A stretch of DNA of 64,000 nucleotides from Reclinomonas americana ATCC 50394 (Eukaryota). A model generated the notes under the pieces. That model did not search any database. It saw only the letters and a program-made list of their open reading frames with translations, and was not told where the DNA came from. Position numbers and translations under genes: made by a program. Below, in pieces: positions 29,601 through 43,900 of this stretch. Within the stretch, counting starts at the first letter, position 1. Every line of letters begins with the position of its first letter. The stretch spans positions 48,982-112,981 of the forward strand of contig PS015148.1 in assembly GCA_048213135.1 (NCBI GenBank), read 5' to 3'.

Positions 29601-30496
29601 CCGGAGCACTGTACGGCCCACTGCATGGTGGCGCCAATGAGGTCTGCATTTTTCCCATTTTGCTCTCCGCATTTCAACGCTGTCTCACCAGCTCCCCCCA
29701 ACCAGGCCGTGGTTCGCATGTTGCAAGAGATCGACAATGAGGAGGCCATCCCGGCCTTTTTGGAGGGCGTCAAGGCCAAGAAGCGCCGTCTCATGGGCTT
29801 CGGCCACCGCATCTACAAGAGCTACGATCCGCGCGCCAAGATGATGAAGCAGGTGGCGGACGAGGTATTCTCCGTCGTCGGCAAGTCCAAGCTCATGCCC
29901 ATTGCACGGGCACTCGAGCAGGCAGTTACGTGAAGCTTTAATTCTCCCCTGTGTCGCAAGCTCTCTTGCTAATGGTGGGCGCAGGCACTCTCGGACGAGT
30001 ACTTTATCTCGCGCAAACTCTGTTGCGACATGCTTGTCACCGCTCTCTTTCTGTTTGTGCGCCTGATGGTTTACGTGTTCTCCGCAGATCCCAATGTCGA
30101 CTTTTACAGTGGCATCATTTTCAACGCCATGGGCTTCCCCACCGACATGTTCCCGGTGCGTTCGCGTGCCTCGCTGACATTGTCGGCCCATGTGCTTATT
30201 TTCTTCGTCGCAGGTGCTGTTTTCCATTCCACGCACCGCCGGCTGGTTGGCGCACTGGGCTGAGGGCCTTGACGACCCGCAGCTGCGCATCTACCGACCG
30301 CGCCAGGTCTCTTCTCGATGCGTGCTTATTTTATGGAGTGTGGTCTTTTGGCTCACACTTGAGAGTTTTGCAGATCTACGACGGCGAAATGGATGTGCCT
30401 TTTGTTCCGATGGACGAGCGCGACAAGGAGGCCGACGTGTTCCTCGATGCGTACTCGACGGGCTACTCGGCTCGTCGCGAGGCTGCGCGCAAGTGA
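26675..30496 (+). CDS. Citrate synthase (peroxisomal/bacterial-like type) with N-terminal ADF-H-like segment and Pro/Ala-rich linker
   Basis: [96 protein letters not shown]; upstream in-phase exon carries RLVFVMWRP...[17 protein letters not shown]. Confidence 0.92.
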
Positions 30497-30627
30497 GCCG
30501 CGTGCCGGAGAAGGTGGAGAGGAGTAAAGTCGTGTGGCTGCGGCGAAAACAACATTTGTGCATTCCATCTCCACTCTCGATCCACCCACTTGTTCTATCG
30601 CTCTCTCCCTCTCCCTCCAATCTCCTC

Positions 30628-31586
30628 TCACGCAAATCCCATTTGGCCCTCGTACTTGACGGCCTCCAATTTCTTGCTGTCGTGTGCCGCGAATCCGGTG
30701 CCGCCGCTGGCCAGTCGAATCACATCGCGATCCACCGACGCGATCTTCTTGGTGCACTTTGGGCACCGCTTCTCCCGCTGCACAATGCTGTCGTAGCACT
30801 TGATGCACACTGCATGCTGGCATCGCCGCAGCACCACAGCCGACAACGACGACGTGTACGCGTCACCACAGCACCCACACTGGCGCCGCGCATTGTCAGG
30901 CACTCCCACTCCACAACTCCACACACGCACGCACTCACTCACTCACTCACTCACCGCGTAGGTGCCGGTGCGCCGCAGCGACGAATCCTCGTCCTCGTCA
31001 GCGGCCTCACTCTTGCGTGACGACGACGATCCAGCGCCACTCTCCTCCGCCTTCTCCACATCAAAGTTGATCTCCAGCACGTCCTTGAAACGCAGCGGTT
31101 TGTGGGTCTCCGGATCGAACAGTTCGTCGCTCGGTCGCTTCGCCAGTCGCCGCTGCGCGTCAGGGCCAAGCTGCGTGCACGCACGAGAGTGAGCAAGTTA
31201 CCAAAAAGGGCACGCAAGCGAAACCCCTGCAGCGACTGCGAACCGAGGGCACCCAGAACGACTTCAATTCGCGATGCGCCTCCGTCTTCTGCTGCTGACC
31301 GGCGAGCACAGCGTTGAGCCTCGTCAGCTCGTCCAACAGCTGCTGCTGTTTCAAGTCGACCGTGTCGGCAAATCGCCGCTTCGTCTCCGACTCGTCTGCG
31401 CGTCGATGCCATCAGAGGCGCATCACACGGAGGAGCAGGCGAACAGAGCACATACCACCCTCAGCAGCCGCGGCCGTGAGAATCGTCGGCGTGCTGACAC
31501 TGCCTTCGACGGCCTCAAAGCGACGGATTTCGCGCTCATGCACAATGCGCGACTTCTCGGCGACCTCCGCCTGCAGGAGGAGCTCA

Positions 31587-31618
<32 letters not shown>

Positions 31619-31633
31619 AGGAGAGAGAGAGTG

Positions 31634-31665
<32 letters not shown>

Positions 31666-32215
31666 GAGGAGAGAGACGACGACGACGACGACGACGACGN
31701 NNNNNNNNNNNNNNNNNNNNNNNNNNNNNNNNNNNNNNNNNNNNNNNNNNNNNNNNNNNNNNNNNNNNNNNNNNNNNNNNNNNNNNNNNNNNNNNNNNNN
31801 NNNNNNNNNNNNNNNNNNNNNNNNNNNNNNNNNNNNNNNNNNNNNNNNNNNNNNNNNNNNNNNNNNNNNNNNNNNNNNNNNNNNNNNNNNNNNNNNNNNN
31901 NNNNNNNNNNNNNNNNNNNNNNNNNNNNNNNNNNNNNNNNNNNNNNNNNNNNNNNNNNNNNNNNNNNNNNNNNNNNNNNNNNNNNNNNNNNNNNNNNNNN
32001 NNNNNNNNNNNNNNNNNNNNNNNNNNNNNNNNNNNNNNNNNNNNNNNNNNNNNNNNNNNNNNNNNNNNNNNNNNNNNNNNNNNNNNNNNNNNNNNNNNNN
32101 NNNNNNNNNNNNNNNNNNNNNNNNNNNNNNNNNNNNNNNNNNNNNNNNNNNNNNNNNNNNNNNNNNNTACGTACGTACGTACGTACTACGTACTACTACT
32201 CTCTCTCTCTCTCTC

Positions 32216-32302
<87 letters not shown>

Positions 32303-32452
32303 CTCACCATCATTCAAACACAAACAGCACATGTCAAACTTGCGCAGTGAATCCGCGCCCAATCGTTGTTTCTGCGTGCCCAAGCCGAGCTTGAGTCGCT
32401 CGTGGTGGCTGAACCACATCTGAGTGGCATTGTTCTTGCTGTGTCGCGACAT
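30628..32452 (-). CDS. NOSIP: Nitric oxide synthase-interacting protein (U-box/RING E3)
   Basis: [10 protein letters not shown]...[51 protein letters not shown]...[15 protein letters not shown]; internal exon(s) in gap. Confidence 0.92.
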
Positions 32453-32954
32453 TCACTGCCTCCTGTCTGTCTGTCTATGCCGAAAGAGGACTGCAGGCAC
32501 ATCAACTTCGCGATATTGGCGGTCAAGCATGAGTGTCCATGCACGTAGGGTAGGGCACTTCTCCCGTCTCGTACTCGACGGGAATCATCCGCCCTTTTCC
32601 CGCCCCCTTTCGTTGTCAGTTTGCACGTGACCTGTTTTGCGTTGTCGGAAGTTGACCGTGACCCGGGCCAGGTCGCTTGCGGCGATCATGACGCGCTGCT
32701 GCTGCAGTCGCTGTCGGCCCTCTTTCCTCTTTCCTCCTCTTCCTCTTGTTCTTCATCGCCACGGAAGTATGCTGTGGCGGCCGCTCATGCATTGTTCAAT
32801 GCATTCGCGTGATCTCGAACAGCCGCGCAGTTGTCGCGATGTGTGTTTCGGAACAACATTTCCTCATAAAACCCGATCTGTGTGTGTCTGTGTGTCATCA
32901 ATCCCACCTCGTCTTTCGAGCCAAGAAAAACACCCTCTCCTCCCTCTCTCACCC

Positions 32955-33948
32955 ATGAAGCTGACTTCTGCTCTTCTCTTTGCCGCACTCTTGTGCGTGC
33001 TCGCTGTCGCTGCTCGTGCCGACGTGCTGCGTGCGGCTGGCGGCTACTACCCGCCCACCTCTGTCGATGTCGTCTGCTACGGCGGCACTTACATCAAGGT
33101 CGTCTCGGCCACCATCCGCGGATGCTCCCAGGGTGAGTGTGTCTCTCCACCTAGCCGACTGCATCCCTCTCCGCACACCGCTCACACTCTCCCTTCTCCA
33201 ACCCCACAGCTGACGGCTGCAAGTCCATCGCCACCGACGAATGCAACAACGTGAACGATGTGACTCACTACCCGCTGGTGCAAAAGCTGAACGGCGACAC
33301 GAAAGGCTGGCTGCGCGTGGAGGACTTTGAGGTACGATTGCTCTTCGGCGGAAATGCTACTGTCACGGACTCACCTGACCCTCTCCCACCACGCAGTACG
33401 CCAGCAAGTGGCTGCAGTCGCGTGTGCTGTACTTTGAGTACCAGTGCGTGAAGAAGATCGTTTACCCGCCGAAGCCGATCCCCAAGCCGAGCCCGATCAA
33501 GGTCTACAAGGCGTGCGGTGGCTGGGCGGTCGATCTCGATTGCCGCTCTGGTGGTGACATTTTCATCGTGTCGGCTGTCGTGCGCGGCGCTGAGACCACC
33601 GATGGCTGCTACGGAAACACGGCGTCGTCGGGCCTGTGCGCCACCATCAAGAACTACACGGTTGAGTCACATCTCCACCACTTCTCTCTCCCCTCATTCC
33701 TCACCTCATATTCCCCATCTCTCGCGCAGCACGAGGTCGGCTACTCGTGCAACGGCAAGAACCAGTGCTGGAGCCGCGTGGAGGATCTGGAGGGCTCGCC
33801 GTTCTCTGGCTACTTTGCCAAGTGCTGGAACCACCAGACCAGCTCGGGTGCGCTCGGCAACGGCACCGGCAACGTCGGCTTCCGTGTGCTGGAGATCACC
33901 TACAAATGCGTCGACCTCAAGTACTACGACGACGACGTCGTCGTCTAA
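32955..33948 (+). CDS. Secreted protein with two tandem SUEL/rhamnose-binding-lectin-like domains
   Basis: Signal peptide MKLTSALLFAALLCVLAVAARA; two repeats of pattern A.G...V.(V/L).C..G..I.(V/I)VSA..RG...C...NG...VED.E...RVL...Y.CV separated by a PKPIPKP linker. Confidence 0.65.
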
Positions 33949-34124
33949 GGAGCCGGCTACCTGTCGAAAATGTCACGGCGCGAGCCAACAGAGTCGTGCG
34001 CCCCCACCGGTGCACACACACGAGTGCGGCGTTTGCGTGTCAGTGAAAACAGCTGTGATACGGCACACGGTACCATCTGCGCACAAACTGTACTACAATA
34101 TGCCTGCTCCGCGTACGCGGGCAC

Positions 34125-35977
34125 TCAGTCTGATTGGAAGAGGCGCGCAGCCGCCATCTCCACATCACCGTTCGTCTCTTGCAGTGCTGAAATGGCGTCC
34201 TCGCGAGAGAATCCCATGTCCATCAGCGTGGCGACAAACTCCTCTCTCGGTGGCTGTGCGCCAAGGTGTGACACACACGCGTGCGGAAAGCGGTGGGGAG
34301 GAAAGGGGGTCGTGCACGCAACTTGTGCTACTGGCGGCGATCGTAGTGGGGGTGGTGGTAGTGGTGGGGCGGCACGGAGAAAGTTGCCGTCGAGCTGCCG
34401 AGTGAAACGATCGCGTGAGGATGAGAAATGGGGGCAGGGAATGAGAACAATGAAGCTCACCATGCCCGGACCGACCGCCACCACCGCAGGTCTTTGCACA
34501 GATGACGGTGATCGCTGTTGGAGACACAGGATGTAAGCAGGTCGACAAGGTTAGTTGCCCCTGCGTTCCACACTCACCATCTCCGACGGTACGCGCAGTG
34601 CATGGCCGTCGATCGGTGCGGGAAACGCGGGTACCCCGCCAGACACTGCATGAAGAGCACAGTGGCATGAGAACGGAGTCTGCGTTCGTCACACGAATAC
34701 CCTCTCTATTTCTCTCCTCACCAACTAGACTGCCACCCGCCTCCGCCGGACCTGCAGGGCTGGCGAGCCACTGCCCGAGGCACTTGTGACAGCACGTGGC
34801 AAGACACGAAGGGAAGCGAAATCGATCGAAGGGAATGAGGCCGGAAAAGTAAATCACGGCGGCCAGCACACCCACAGCGCTGGCGAGGAGACTGGACCAC
34901 AGAGCGGCGCAAGAGAGCTGCGAGGAGGAAGAGGAGGGCGAAGATTGAGAAAGAGGGGAGGGAGAATTGAAGAGAGGAGGCGAAGATGTGCAGCAGAGGG
35001 ACGATAATAAACAACAATGGACTGTGACCAAAGAAGGGGAGAAGCGAAAGAAGAGGAGAAGCGACCCAGAAACACAGACACGTGCGACGCCCACTCACCT
35101 GGAGCGCCAGCAGATAAATGAACGACTTGTCAGAGAGTGATACACCAAGCACGGTGAACGGGTGCATGCGCGGCACATATCTCGCATACGGCACGATGAA
35201 GGCGAAGATCAAGCAGTAGCTGTTCGACAACAACTTCAGCGACAGCACCAGAACATGTCAAATACACACGCATGACGCAACGGCCCTATTGTGGCCACGG
35301 CCTTGGTCGACCTGAAAATGGCCCAGAGCGCCAGCTCCAAGAGAATCACAAAGAGGTGAATGACGAAGATAAAGGCCTGCATGCGTGACAATGTAAGAAT
35401 AGACATGGATCNNNNNNNNNNNNNNNNNNNNNNNNNNNNNNNNNNNNNNNNNNNNNNNNNNNNNNNNNNNNNNNNNNNNNNNNNNNNNNNNNNNNNNNNN
35501 NNNNNNNNNNNNNNNNNNNNNNNNNNNNNNNNNNNNNNNNNNNNNNNNNNNNNNNNNNNNNNNNNNNNNNNNNNNNNNNNNNNNNNNNNNNNNNNNNNNN
35601 NNNNNNNNNNNNNNNNNNNNNNNNNNNNNNNNNNNNNNNNNNNNNNNNNNNNNNNNNNNNNNNNNNNNNNNNNNNNNNNNNNNNNNNNNNNNNNNNNNNN
35701 NNNNNNNNNNNNNNNNNNNNNNNNNNNNNNNNNNNNNNNNNNNNNNNNNNNNNNNNNNNNNNNNNNNNNNNNNNNNNNNNNNNNNNNNNNNNNNNNNNNN
35801 NNNNNNNNNNNNNNNNNNNNNNNNNNNNNNNNNNNNNNNNNNNNNNNNNNNNNNNNNNNNNNNNNNNNNNNNNNNNNNNNNNNNNNNNNNNNNNNNNNNN
35901 NNNNNNNNNNNNNNNNNNNNNNNNNNNNNNNNNNNNNNNNNNNNNNNNNNNNNNNNNNNNNNNNNNNNNNNNNNNNN

Positions 35978-36056
<79 letters not shown>

Positions 36057-36135
36057 TCCCTCTGTGTGTGCGTGCGTGTGCGTGGAGGCACACTCAACGA
36101 AAGCCCGTTGGCCCTGCTGCGTGAAAGTTCAGCAT
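34125..36135 (-). CDS. UBAC2: Rhomboid-like pseudoprotease with C-terminal UBA domain (UBAC2/Dsc2-like)
   Basis: MLNFHAAGPTGF start, GPYCLIFAF, FTVLGVSLSDKSFIYLLALQ, hydrophobic segments, C-terminal VATLMDMGFSREDAISALQETNGDVEMAAARL; middle exons in gap. Confidence 0.8.
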
Positions 36136-36886
36136 GGGTGGCCCCTACTGCTGCTGCTGCTTCTGCTTCGCACACAAAGAGAGAGCTCACACGCGAGAGA
36201 CAAGAGCGCGTGCGTGAGTGTACGCGTGTGCGCCGGAGACAATCGCACTCGCGCTGATGTGATTGGTCATGTTCACGAGAGTCTGCGAAAACTGTGCGAC
36301 TGTGAGTGCAAACACAAAAGCGAGCAAGGGAGGTGTTTCCCAAAGCTCTTATGCAGGAAGCCACCAAGTCAACACACCAGTCGGAGGCCTGGGCATCGCG
36401 CAAAGCGTGAACTTTAAATTTCGAATTCACCACATATGGATACCTGTACCGCGATTGGCGCGCATGCAGTTGCCGAGCATGCTGTGGCGTTGCTCCGGCT
36501 CCTGCACACGTTCCAGTACTAGTGGCAGAAGTGGCCACGGACCCGTGCTTCAGATCTGGGTGCTGCGACAATTGCAACCCCGGCGACGAAAAACAGTTGC
36601 CGATCTGCGCCTTGGCCTCTCGCAGATGTTGAGAAGCGACTGCTGCATTGCAAGCACGAGGAGGCCAAGACGGACAGAGTGCTCCTTCTGTAAACCGTAC
36701 ACACGCGCACACATGCATGTCCGCTTTTGACGCGGAAAGTGTGCGAAAAGTGTGCGAAAGTGAGTGCAACCACGAAAGCACACCACGAGCACGCTTCTCA
36801 AAGCCCACGCACACAGAACCACGACGTCAAACGCGCGCCACCAAAGTCACCACGAATTTTCCTCCTCACTCACTCCTCACTCACAA

Positions 36887-37081
36887 ATGGCCGATCGCCG
36901 CGGAGGTCGCCGCGACTACGGCTCCGCAGTGCGACCCAACAGCGGCAGCGGGCCTCTCATGCTGCGTCGTGCCAACCCCGGCGACGAGGAGAACGATCTC
37001 GAGCAGCAAGCACAGCAGCAGGCGCCTCTCGGAGATGACGAGCAGCGACTGTTGCGCGGAGCTGCTGGTGTTGACGATGAC

Positions 37082-37112
<31 letters not shown>

Positions 37113-40100
37113 GTGGTGTGGGTGGAGGAGGTGATGACGATGATGATGAGGACGATGAGGCGACGGAGAAGATTCTGGATGGGGATGCGGATAAGGAGGA
37201 TCGCGCGTTGATGAGGTGTGTGTGAGAGAGGGAGTGAGAGTGCGTGTGTGTGTGTGTGAGGGAGAGAGAGGAGAGCAGCTTGAGCGCAGACGGTCGGTGA
37301 TGCATTGTCTCTTTCTTTGTGCGCACACACGCGCTGTTGTGTGGATACGCGTGTGTGTGTGCTCTTGGAGAGGAGTGGGAATCGTGTGCTGGTCGCATGC
37401 ATGCAATGTGTGTTTGTGTGTGCCCTCGCACTCACGATTCTCTGCTCTCTTGCAGTCAAAACCCGTTCGTGGTGCAAAAGGAAAAGCAACGGTTTCGCTC
37501 CATCCGCCTCATGTACCTCACCACCTTTCTCTCCTCGACCGGTGCGTTGATTGCTCAGCCACCCCTCGCTCTTCTCTCTCACTCTCACATCTCTCTATCT
37601 TTTTTCCAGGCTTCTCCATGGTGCTGCCGACGTTGTGGCCGTACCTCGAGAAGCAGGGCGGCACCAAGTCGTTCCTCGGCTACGTGGTGGCCAGCTACAG
37701 TCTCGGGCAGCTGATTGGCAGTGTGATTTTCGGCACGTGGTCCAATCATGTGCGGCGGATGATCCCACTCTGCATCTCCACCGCCATCACCGTCGTCGGG
37801 AACGTGCTCTACTGCTTCACGGGCCAGTTCCCGTTCTCGCACTCGTGGAGTTTGTTCGCTTCGCGGCTCATTGTTGGCCTCGGTGCCGGCAACGTGGCCG
37901 TGGCGCGCGCATACGTCGCGTCGGCCACCACGCTGAAGGAGCGCACAGGTTCCATGGCGTTCATGAGCGCGGCGCAGGGTCTCGGTTTCATTCTGGGGCC
38001 AGGTGAGGACGAACAGTGAGAGCGTGTGTTGTGCGTGACGCGTCGACCTCACTCTGCGTCGCGAGCGCAGCCATTGGTGCCGCATTCTCACCGCTCTCCA
38101 GCGGCGCCAACTTTGGTCCGTTCGAGTTCGACTACCTCACGGCGCCGGGCTACTTTTCGGCCGTCTGCGAAGCCTTCAACCTCGTCCTGCTCATGTTGTT
38201 CTTCAGCGAGCACAAGGTGCACGATGCCGAGGATGCCAGCGAGGCTGACGCTTTGTTGGCGGCACCGCAGACAGGTGGGTTGAGGTGGCGGAGGACTCTT
38301 TTTTCTTCCACCTCTTTATTCCTGCGCTTACCTCCTTCCCTATGTCTCCATCACCTGCAGGTGGTACCAAGCACGCCGGTCGCAAGGGTGCCATCAACAC
38401 CGGGGGCGACGCCGACTACGAGTCCAACTCGGACGATGAGCGCTCCGAGGCCGTCAGTGTCATTCTGGACCCGTCGAGTTTGCACCGCTCTGTCACCAGC
38501 AGCATGCGTGAGCGCCTGCGACGCGAGGCCTCTGGCTTACCGATTTCGCCTGTCGACCGACTCGGTGTTTCGGTGACCATTATCAACTTTTTCAGCGTCA
38601 TTTTCGTGTTTGCCATCTTTGAGACGTTGCGTCACGTTTGTCACGCGTCTTCCCTCTTCTCCCACTGCCTTCTCTCACTCTTCCGCGCAGTATTCTCACT
38701 CCGCTCACCATGGACGAGTACGATTGGACGAAGCAGCAGGCAGACCTGTACTGCGGCATCCTGCTCGGTGCTGTGGGCCTCATCGCCGTGTTTGTGTTCA
38801 TGTCGGTCAAGATGGTGGCCAAGTGGGCCGGCGAGCGCCAGCTCATGCTTGCCNNNNNNNNNNNNNNNNNNNNNNNNNNNNNNNNNNNNNNNNNNNNNNN
38901 NNNNNNNNNNNNNNNNNNNNNNNNNNNNNNNNNNNNNNNNNNNNNNNNNNNNNNNNNNNNNNNNNNNNNNNNNNNNNNNNNNNNNNNNNNNNNNNNNNNN
39001 NNNNNNNNNNNNNNNNNNNNNNNNNNNNNNNNNNNNNNNNNNNNNNNNNNNNNNNNNNNNNNNNNNNNNNNNNNNNNNNNNNNNNNNNNNNNNNNNNNNN
39101 NNNNNNNNNNNNNNNNNNNNNNNNNNNNNNNNNNNNNNNNNNNNNNNNNNNNNNNNNNNNNNNNNNNNNNNNNNNNNNNNNNNNNNNNNNNNNNNNNNNN
39201 NNNNNNNNNNNNNNNNNNNNNNNNNNNNNNNNNNNNNNNNNNNNNNNNNNNNNNNNNNNNNNNNNNNNNNNNNNNNNNNNNNNNNNNNGGCTTTGTCGTT
39301 ATGGTCGGCTGCTTCGTGCTGACCATTCCGTTCCGTGGATCGACTCCCACGCCGTGCAGCGACAATCCCTGGTGCGACTCGGTTCCGCAACTCAACCTGG
39401 CACAGTTCATTTGCTCCGCCTTTTTGATCTCGGTCGGCTACCCGCTGGCGTCGGTCATGATTTACACTCTCTTTTCGAAGATGCTGGGTCCGTCGCCGCA
39501 GGGCCTGTGGATGGGCATTCTCACGGGCTGCGGCTCCGCGGCGCGCATGATTGGCCCGATTTACGTCACCAATGTGTACGAAAAGTACGGTCCACGCTGG
39601 GCCTTTGGCGGCGTCGCGGGCATTGTGGCCTTGTCCGCCCTGCTGACCATCATCTTCTGGCGCCGCTTCAAGGAGCACCCGGATTCCTTGAAGAAGCGAC
39701 TGGACAAGGAGAAGGCGTTGGTGGGCAGTCGGAAGCGTACGGCTGGCAGCGGAGTCCGGAGGTCCGGTGTCGCCGTGGGCATGATTGCCGGCGGCGGCAG
39801 TCCGGGCAANNNNNNNNNNNNNNNNNNNNNNNNNNNNNNNNNNNNNNNNNNNNNNNNNNNNNNNNNNNNNNNNNNNNNNNNNNNNNNNNNNNNNNNNNNN
39901 NNNNNNNNNNNNNNNNNNNNNNNNNNNNNNNNNNNNNNNNNNNNNNNNNNNNNNNNNNNNNNNNNNNNNNNNNNNNNNNNNNNNNNNNNNNNNNNNNNNN
40001 NNNNNNNNNNNNNNNNNNNNNNNNNNNNNNNNNNNNNNNNNNNNNNNNNNNNNNNNNNNNNNNNNNNNNNNNNNNNNNNNNNNNNNNNNNNNNNNNNNNN

Positions 40101-40765
40101 NNNNNNNNNNNNNNNNNNNNNNNNNNNNNNNNNNNNNNNNNNNNNNNNNNNNNNNNNNNNNNNNNNNNNNNNNNNNNNNNNNNNNNNNNNNNNNNNNNNN
40201 NNNNNNNNNNNNNNNNNNNNNNNNNNNNNNNNNNNNNNNNNNNNNNNNNNNNNNNNNNNNNNNNNNNNNNNNNNNNNNNNNNNNNNNNNNNNNNNNNNNN
40301 NNNNNNNNNNNNNNNNNNNNNNNNNNNNNNNNNNNNNNNNNNNNNNNNNNNNNNNNNNNNNNNNNNNNNNNNNNNNNNNNNNNNNNNNNNNNNNNNNNNN
40401 NNNNNNNNNNNNNNNNNNNNNNNNNNNNNNNNNNNNNNNNNNNNNNNNNNNNNNNNNNNNNNNNNNNNNNNNNNNNNNNNNNNNNNNNNNNNNNNNNNNN
40501 NNNNNNNNNNNNNNNNNNNNNNNNNNNNNNNNNNNNNNNNNNNNNNNNNNNNNNNNNNNNNNNNNNNNNNNNNNNNNNNNNNNNNNNNNNNNNNNNNNNN
40601 NNNNNNNNNNNNNNNNNNNNNNNNNNNNNNNNNNNNNNNNNNNNNNNNNNNNNNNNNNNNNNNNNNNNNNNNNNNNNNNNNNNNNNNNNNNNNNNNNNNN
40701 NNNNNNNTACGGCTGTCAACAGCGGCGCCACGGCAAGCAACGGCAACAGCAGGTCACGGTTGTGA
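36887..40765 (+). CDS. MFSD8: MFS transporter, MFSD8/CLN7-like (3' end across a gap, uncertain)
   Basis: FRSIRLMYLTTFL, GFSMVLPTLWPYL, FLGYVVASYSLGQL, SRLIVGLGAGNVAVARAY, QGLGFILGP, LFSKMLGPSPQGLWMG...GSAARMIGP; acidic dileucine-type motifs (DEQRLL, EADALL). Confidence 0.88.
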
Positions 40766-40961
40766 GAGGTGCTTGTCTGCACGTTGTGCTCTCTCTTTCT
40801 CTTTATATGTTGGTCTGTTTTGGCAATGCATGAACGCGTGAATATTGATTGTTGGATGAGCGCCAGACTGTTGAATAACTTTAATAGACTGGCGGTGAAA
40901 GCGATTGCCACTGTCGGAGACGTTGGAGGGAAATACACACACAAAGTGAGTGAGTGGCTCA

Positions 40962-43900
40962 CTAGGCATTTTGTGCAATGAGGCAGTAAACTGCCACGGC
41001 GCCAAAGATCCACACAAGTCCGTAGCCGACGCACGAGCCAATGACGACGTTGCGAATGGCCCATCTGTAACGAGCGATGAGTACGAGAGCGACAAACAGG
41101 AGCAAAAAAACAATCAATGAGACGCAACGACCACACGTCGGAGGAGGTCACGCTGTCGGTGAGCAGCTGGTAGAACTGGGGAGGATTCACCGGCTGTCGT
41201 CCCCACTGCGTCTGCACGCTCGCCACACCGGCGTTGAAGACAGAGTAATCGTACGAGCTGTGCGCCGAGAGAGGGAGAAGGAGAGAGTGAGGAGGAGCAA
41301 AGAATAGTTTCCACACGCAATGACAGCAGAAGGGGCAAGAAACTCATCATCAACACATGCATGAGAATGAGAAGGGGCAGAGCAAAGCACACTAGAGAGG
41401 TGTGCACATGAACTAATGCGAGTGAGTGAGACACACAAGAAAGGGAGGAGCGCAACAACCACAGAAGGGTCAGGAAAACAAATTCGAGCGAGGGAGACAC
41501 ACAAGTGAGGGACAACAGCTGAAGGGTCAAGGATTAACAAATGCAAGAGAGAGAGAGAGAGAGGAGGAGCAGAGCACAGTTCCCGTGCGCAGCACAAAGC
41601 ACAGGAGTGAGGTGTGCACAATGAACAAATGCGAGGGAGGAATCATACAAGTGAGGGAGAAGGAGCTACGCGCAACAACAGCAGAAGGGCCAAGTTGCTC
41701 ATCATTAGCAAATGCATGAGAGGGATGAGGAACAAAGCACTGTTCCCGCGCGCAGTACAAAGCACAAGAGTAAGAAATGCACAATTTGAACTATTGAGAG
41801 CGCGGAAGTATAAACAGGTGCGCAGTTAAAGAGAGATGCGTTTCTTCCTGACTATCTCACACGCGCACATTCCCTCCCCCCATTCTCTGGTATTCATACT
41901 CACTCGGCCTTGAACAAGCTCACTCCGGCCTCCACAATGGTGTTGGAGCGCGGCGAGCCCCAGTTGAGTCGGCACCCACTGCCGGTGAAGCCGCAATTGT
42001 CGCTCGATGTGCCCAAGTTCTGCACGCACACGATGAAACGAGATCAGGCTCACAGTGATTCAGCGTGCGCCGAGGTGCCATGAAGTACTCACCACACAAG
42101 TGACATAGGCCTGCACACAAGATACAGTGAGTAAATGGAGAACAAGACACGAAATGGTCTGCTCGCAAACGCAACGGGGACAGGGACATTGGCATCCATG
42201 TCAGCTTGACTCGAATACAATGGCGAAACACACCTGTTCATGGAGGTACAGGTGAGGGACAGCGAAGCCACATGCCAAGCTGTTCTTTCAAAGACCGCGA
42301 ACCAGAACCAATAACTGCGACAATTAAGGTTTCAGTGAGCCAAGCAAAGCAGGTGGGAGTTGCAACAGCTTGTCACGAACTATCGCGTGCCCTTGGACGA
42401 GTACGAGTACTCCTGGCGCGTGTAGAATTGGCCAAAGGGGACCACGAAACCGCGCTGCAGGTTGAATTCATTGGCAGCACCTGCAAACGGAGACGTCAGC
42501 GTGTCAAGATATGTGCGGTTTCCAACACAATGGCATGACTTACCAGACGCGTATGCGCTGCGTGCCGTCTCCACAGACACTGTTGCGCCATTGTTGTAAA
42601 TTTTCCACTTTTGTGTTGTCACATAATACTCGAAATCTGCGCACGCGCGAGAGAGACGTGAGAGATGGCGTTGAAACGTGATCAGTGCAGCGTAAAGACA
42701 CAACTGTAGGCGCACACGCAGCCAACAACAATCCAAACAATGAGGCAACCGATGGCGAACATGAGTTCGCCAAAGGTGCTGTTCGAGCACATGAGACGGA
42801 TGTAAAGAACGGCGAAATAAACAAAGAAGCCTGTGGAACGAAACACGCAGTGAGTAACGACGGAGACAGGAGCACGGCGGTTTGATGGATAGCAAGGTAC
42901 CGGCGGTGCAGAACACGATGACTGCAATGCGACCAGACGATCTGCATCACACAGAGGCGTGAGACACGAGGTGCAAGTAGCGTGTTGAGCACGGAAGCGC
43001 AACTTGGCACCAGCCACCAGGCACAGCGCTTGCAAGGCAACTGAAAAGAGGAACCAACCAATGCAGGCGACCAACATATGCATGCCTTTGCCGTCGTAGG
43101 AGCAGTTGAGTCCCAGACGGCGTGACCACTGACGTTGGATCACACTGCGACAAGTGACGCAGGATGGGTTGAGCGTGAGAAGACACGACAAGAGAGAATG
43201 ATAGTGGGAGAGTCTGTACGCAACTAGGACGGCTGGCGCTGCGGACGCGCAGCGTTGTTCATCTCCACTGCAGATGGATCGGCGGGGCGATTGTTGTTGG
43301 GCGAATACGTGTTGCCAATGACCACAGTGGTCGGCGAGAGGACGATCGCTGGAGACTCCACGTCGACGGCTCTGCGAGAGAGAGGGCGCAATGAGGAACG
43401 GGGGAAGAAGGGGGAAGAGAAGGAGAAGAAGATATAGGAGGAGGAGGAGGAGGAGGAGGAGGAGGAGGAGGAGGAGGAGNNNNNNNNNNNNNNNNNNNNN
43501 NNNNNNNNNNNNNNNNNNNNNNNNNNNNNNNNNNNNNNNNNNNNNNNNNNNNNNNNNNNNNNNNNNNNNNNNNNNNNNNNNNNNNNNNNNNNNNNNNNNN
43601 NNNNNNNNNNNNNNNNNNNNNNNNNNNNNNNNNNNNNNNNNNNNNNNNNNNNNNNNNNNNNNNNNNNNNNNNNNNNNNNNNNNNNNNNNNNNNNNNNNNN
43701 NNNNNNNNNNNNNNNNNNNNNNNNNNNNNNNNNNNNNNNNNNNNNNNNNNNNNNNNNNNNNNNNNNNNNNNNNNNNNNNNNNNNNNNNNNNNNNNNNNNN
43801 NNNNNNNNNNNNNNNNNNNNNNNNNNNNNNNNNNNNNNNNNNNNNNNNNNNNNNNNNNGAGGAGGAGGAGGAGGAGGATAAGAAGATATAGGAGGAGCAG

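Noticed and set aside
29921-29931. Apparent GC donor (cag|gcagtt) in citrate synthase
   Set aside because: GTTACGT three bases later is in frame and fits the shifted-donor class; the GC option cannot be strictly excluded.
40708-40765. C-terminal SRL (PTS1-like) after the gap
   Set aside because: Frame across the gap is unknown, and PTS1 is not meaningful for a polytopic MFS transporter.
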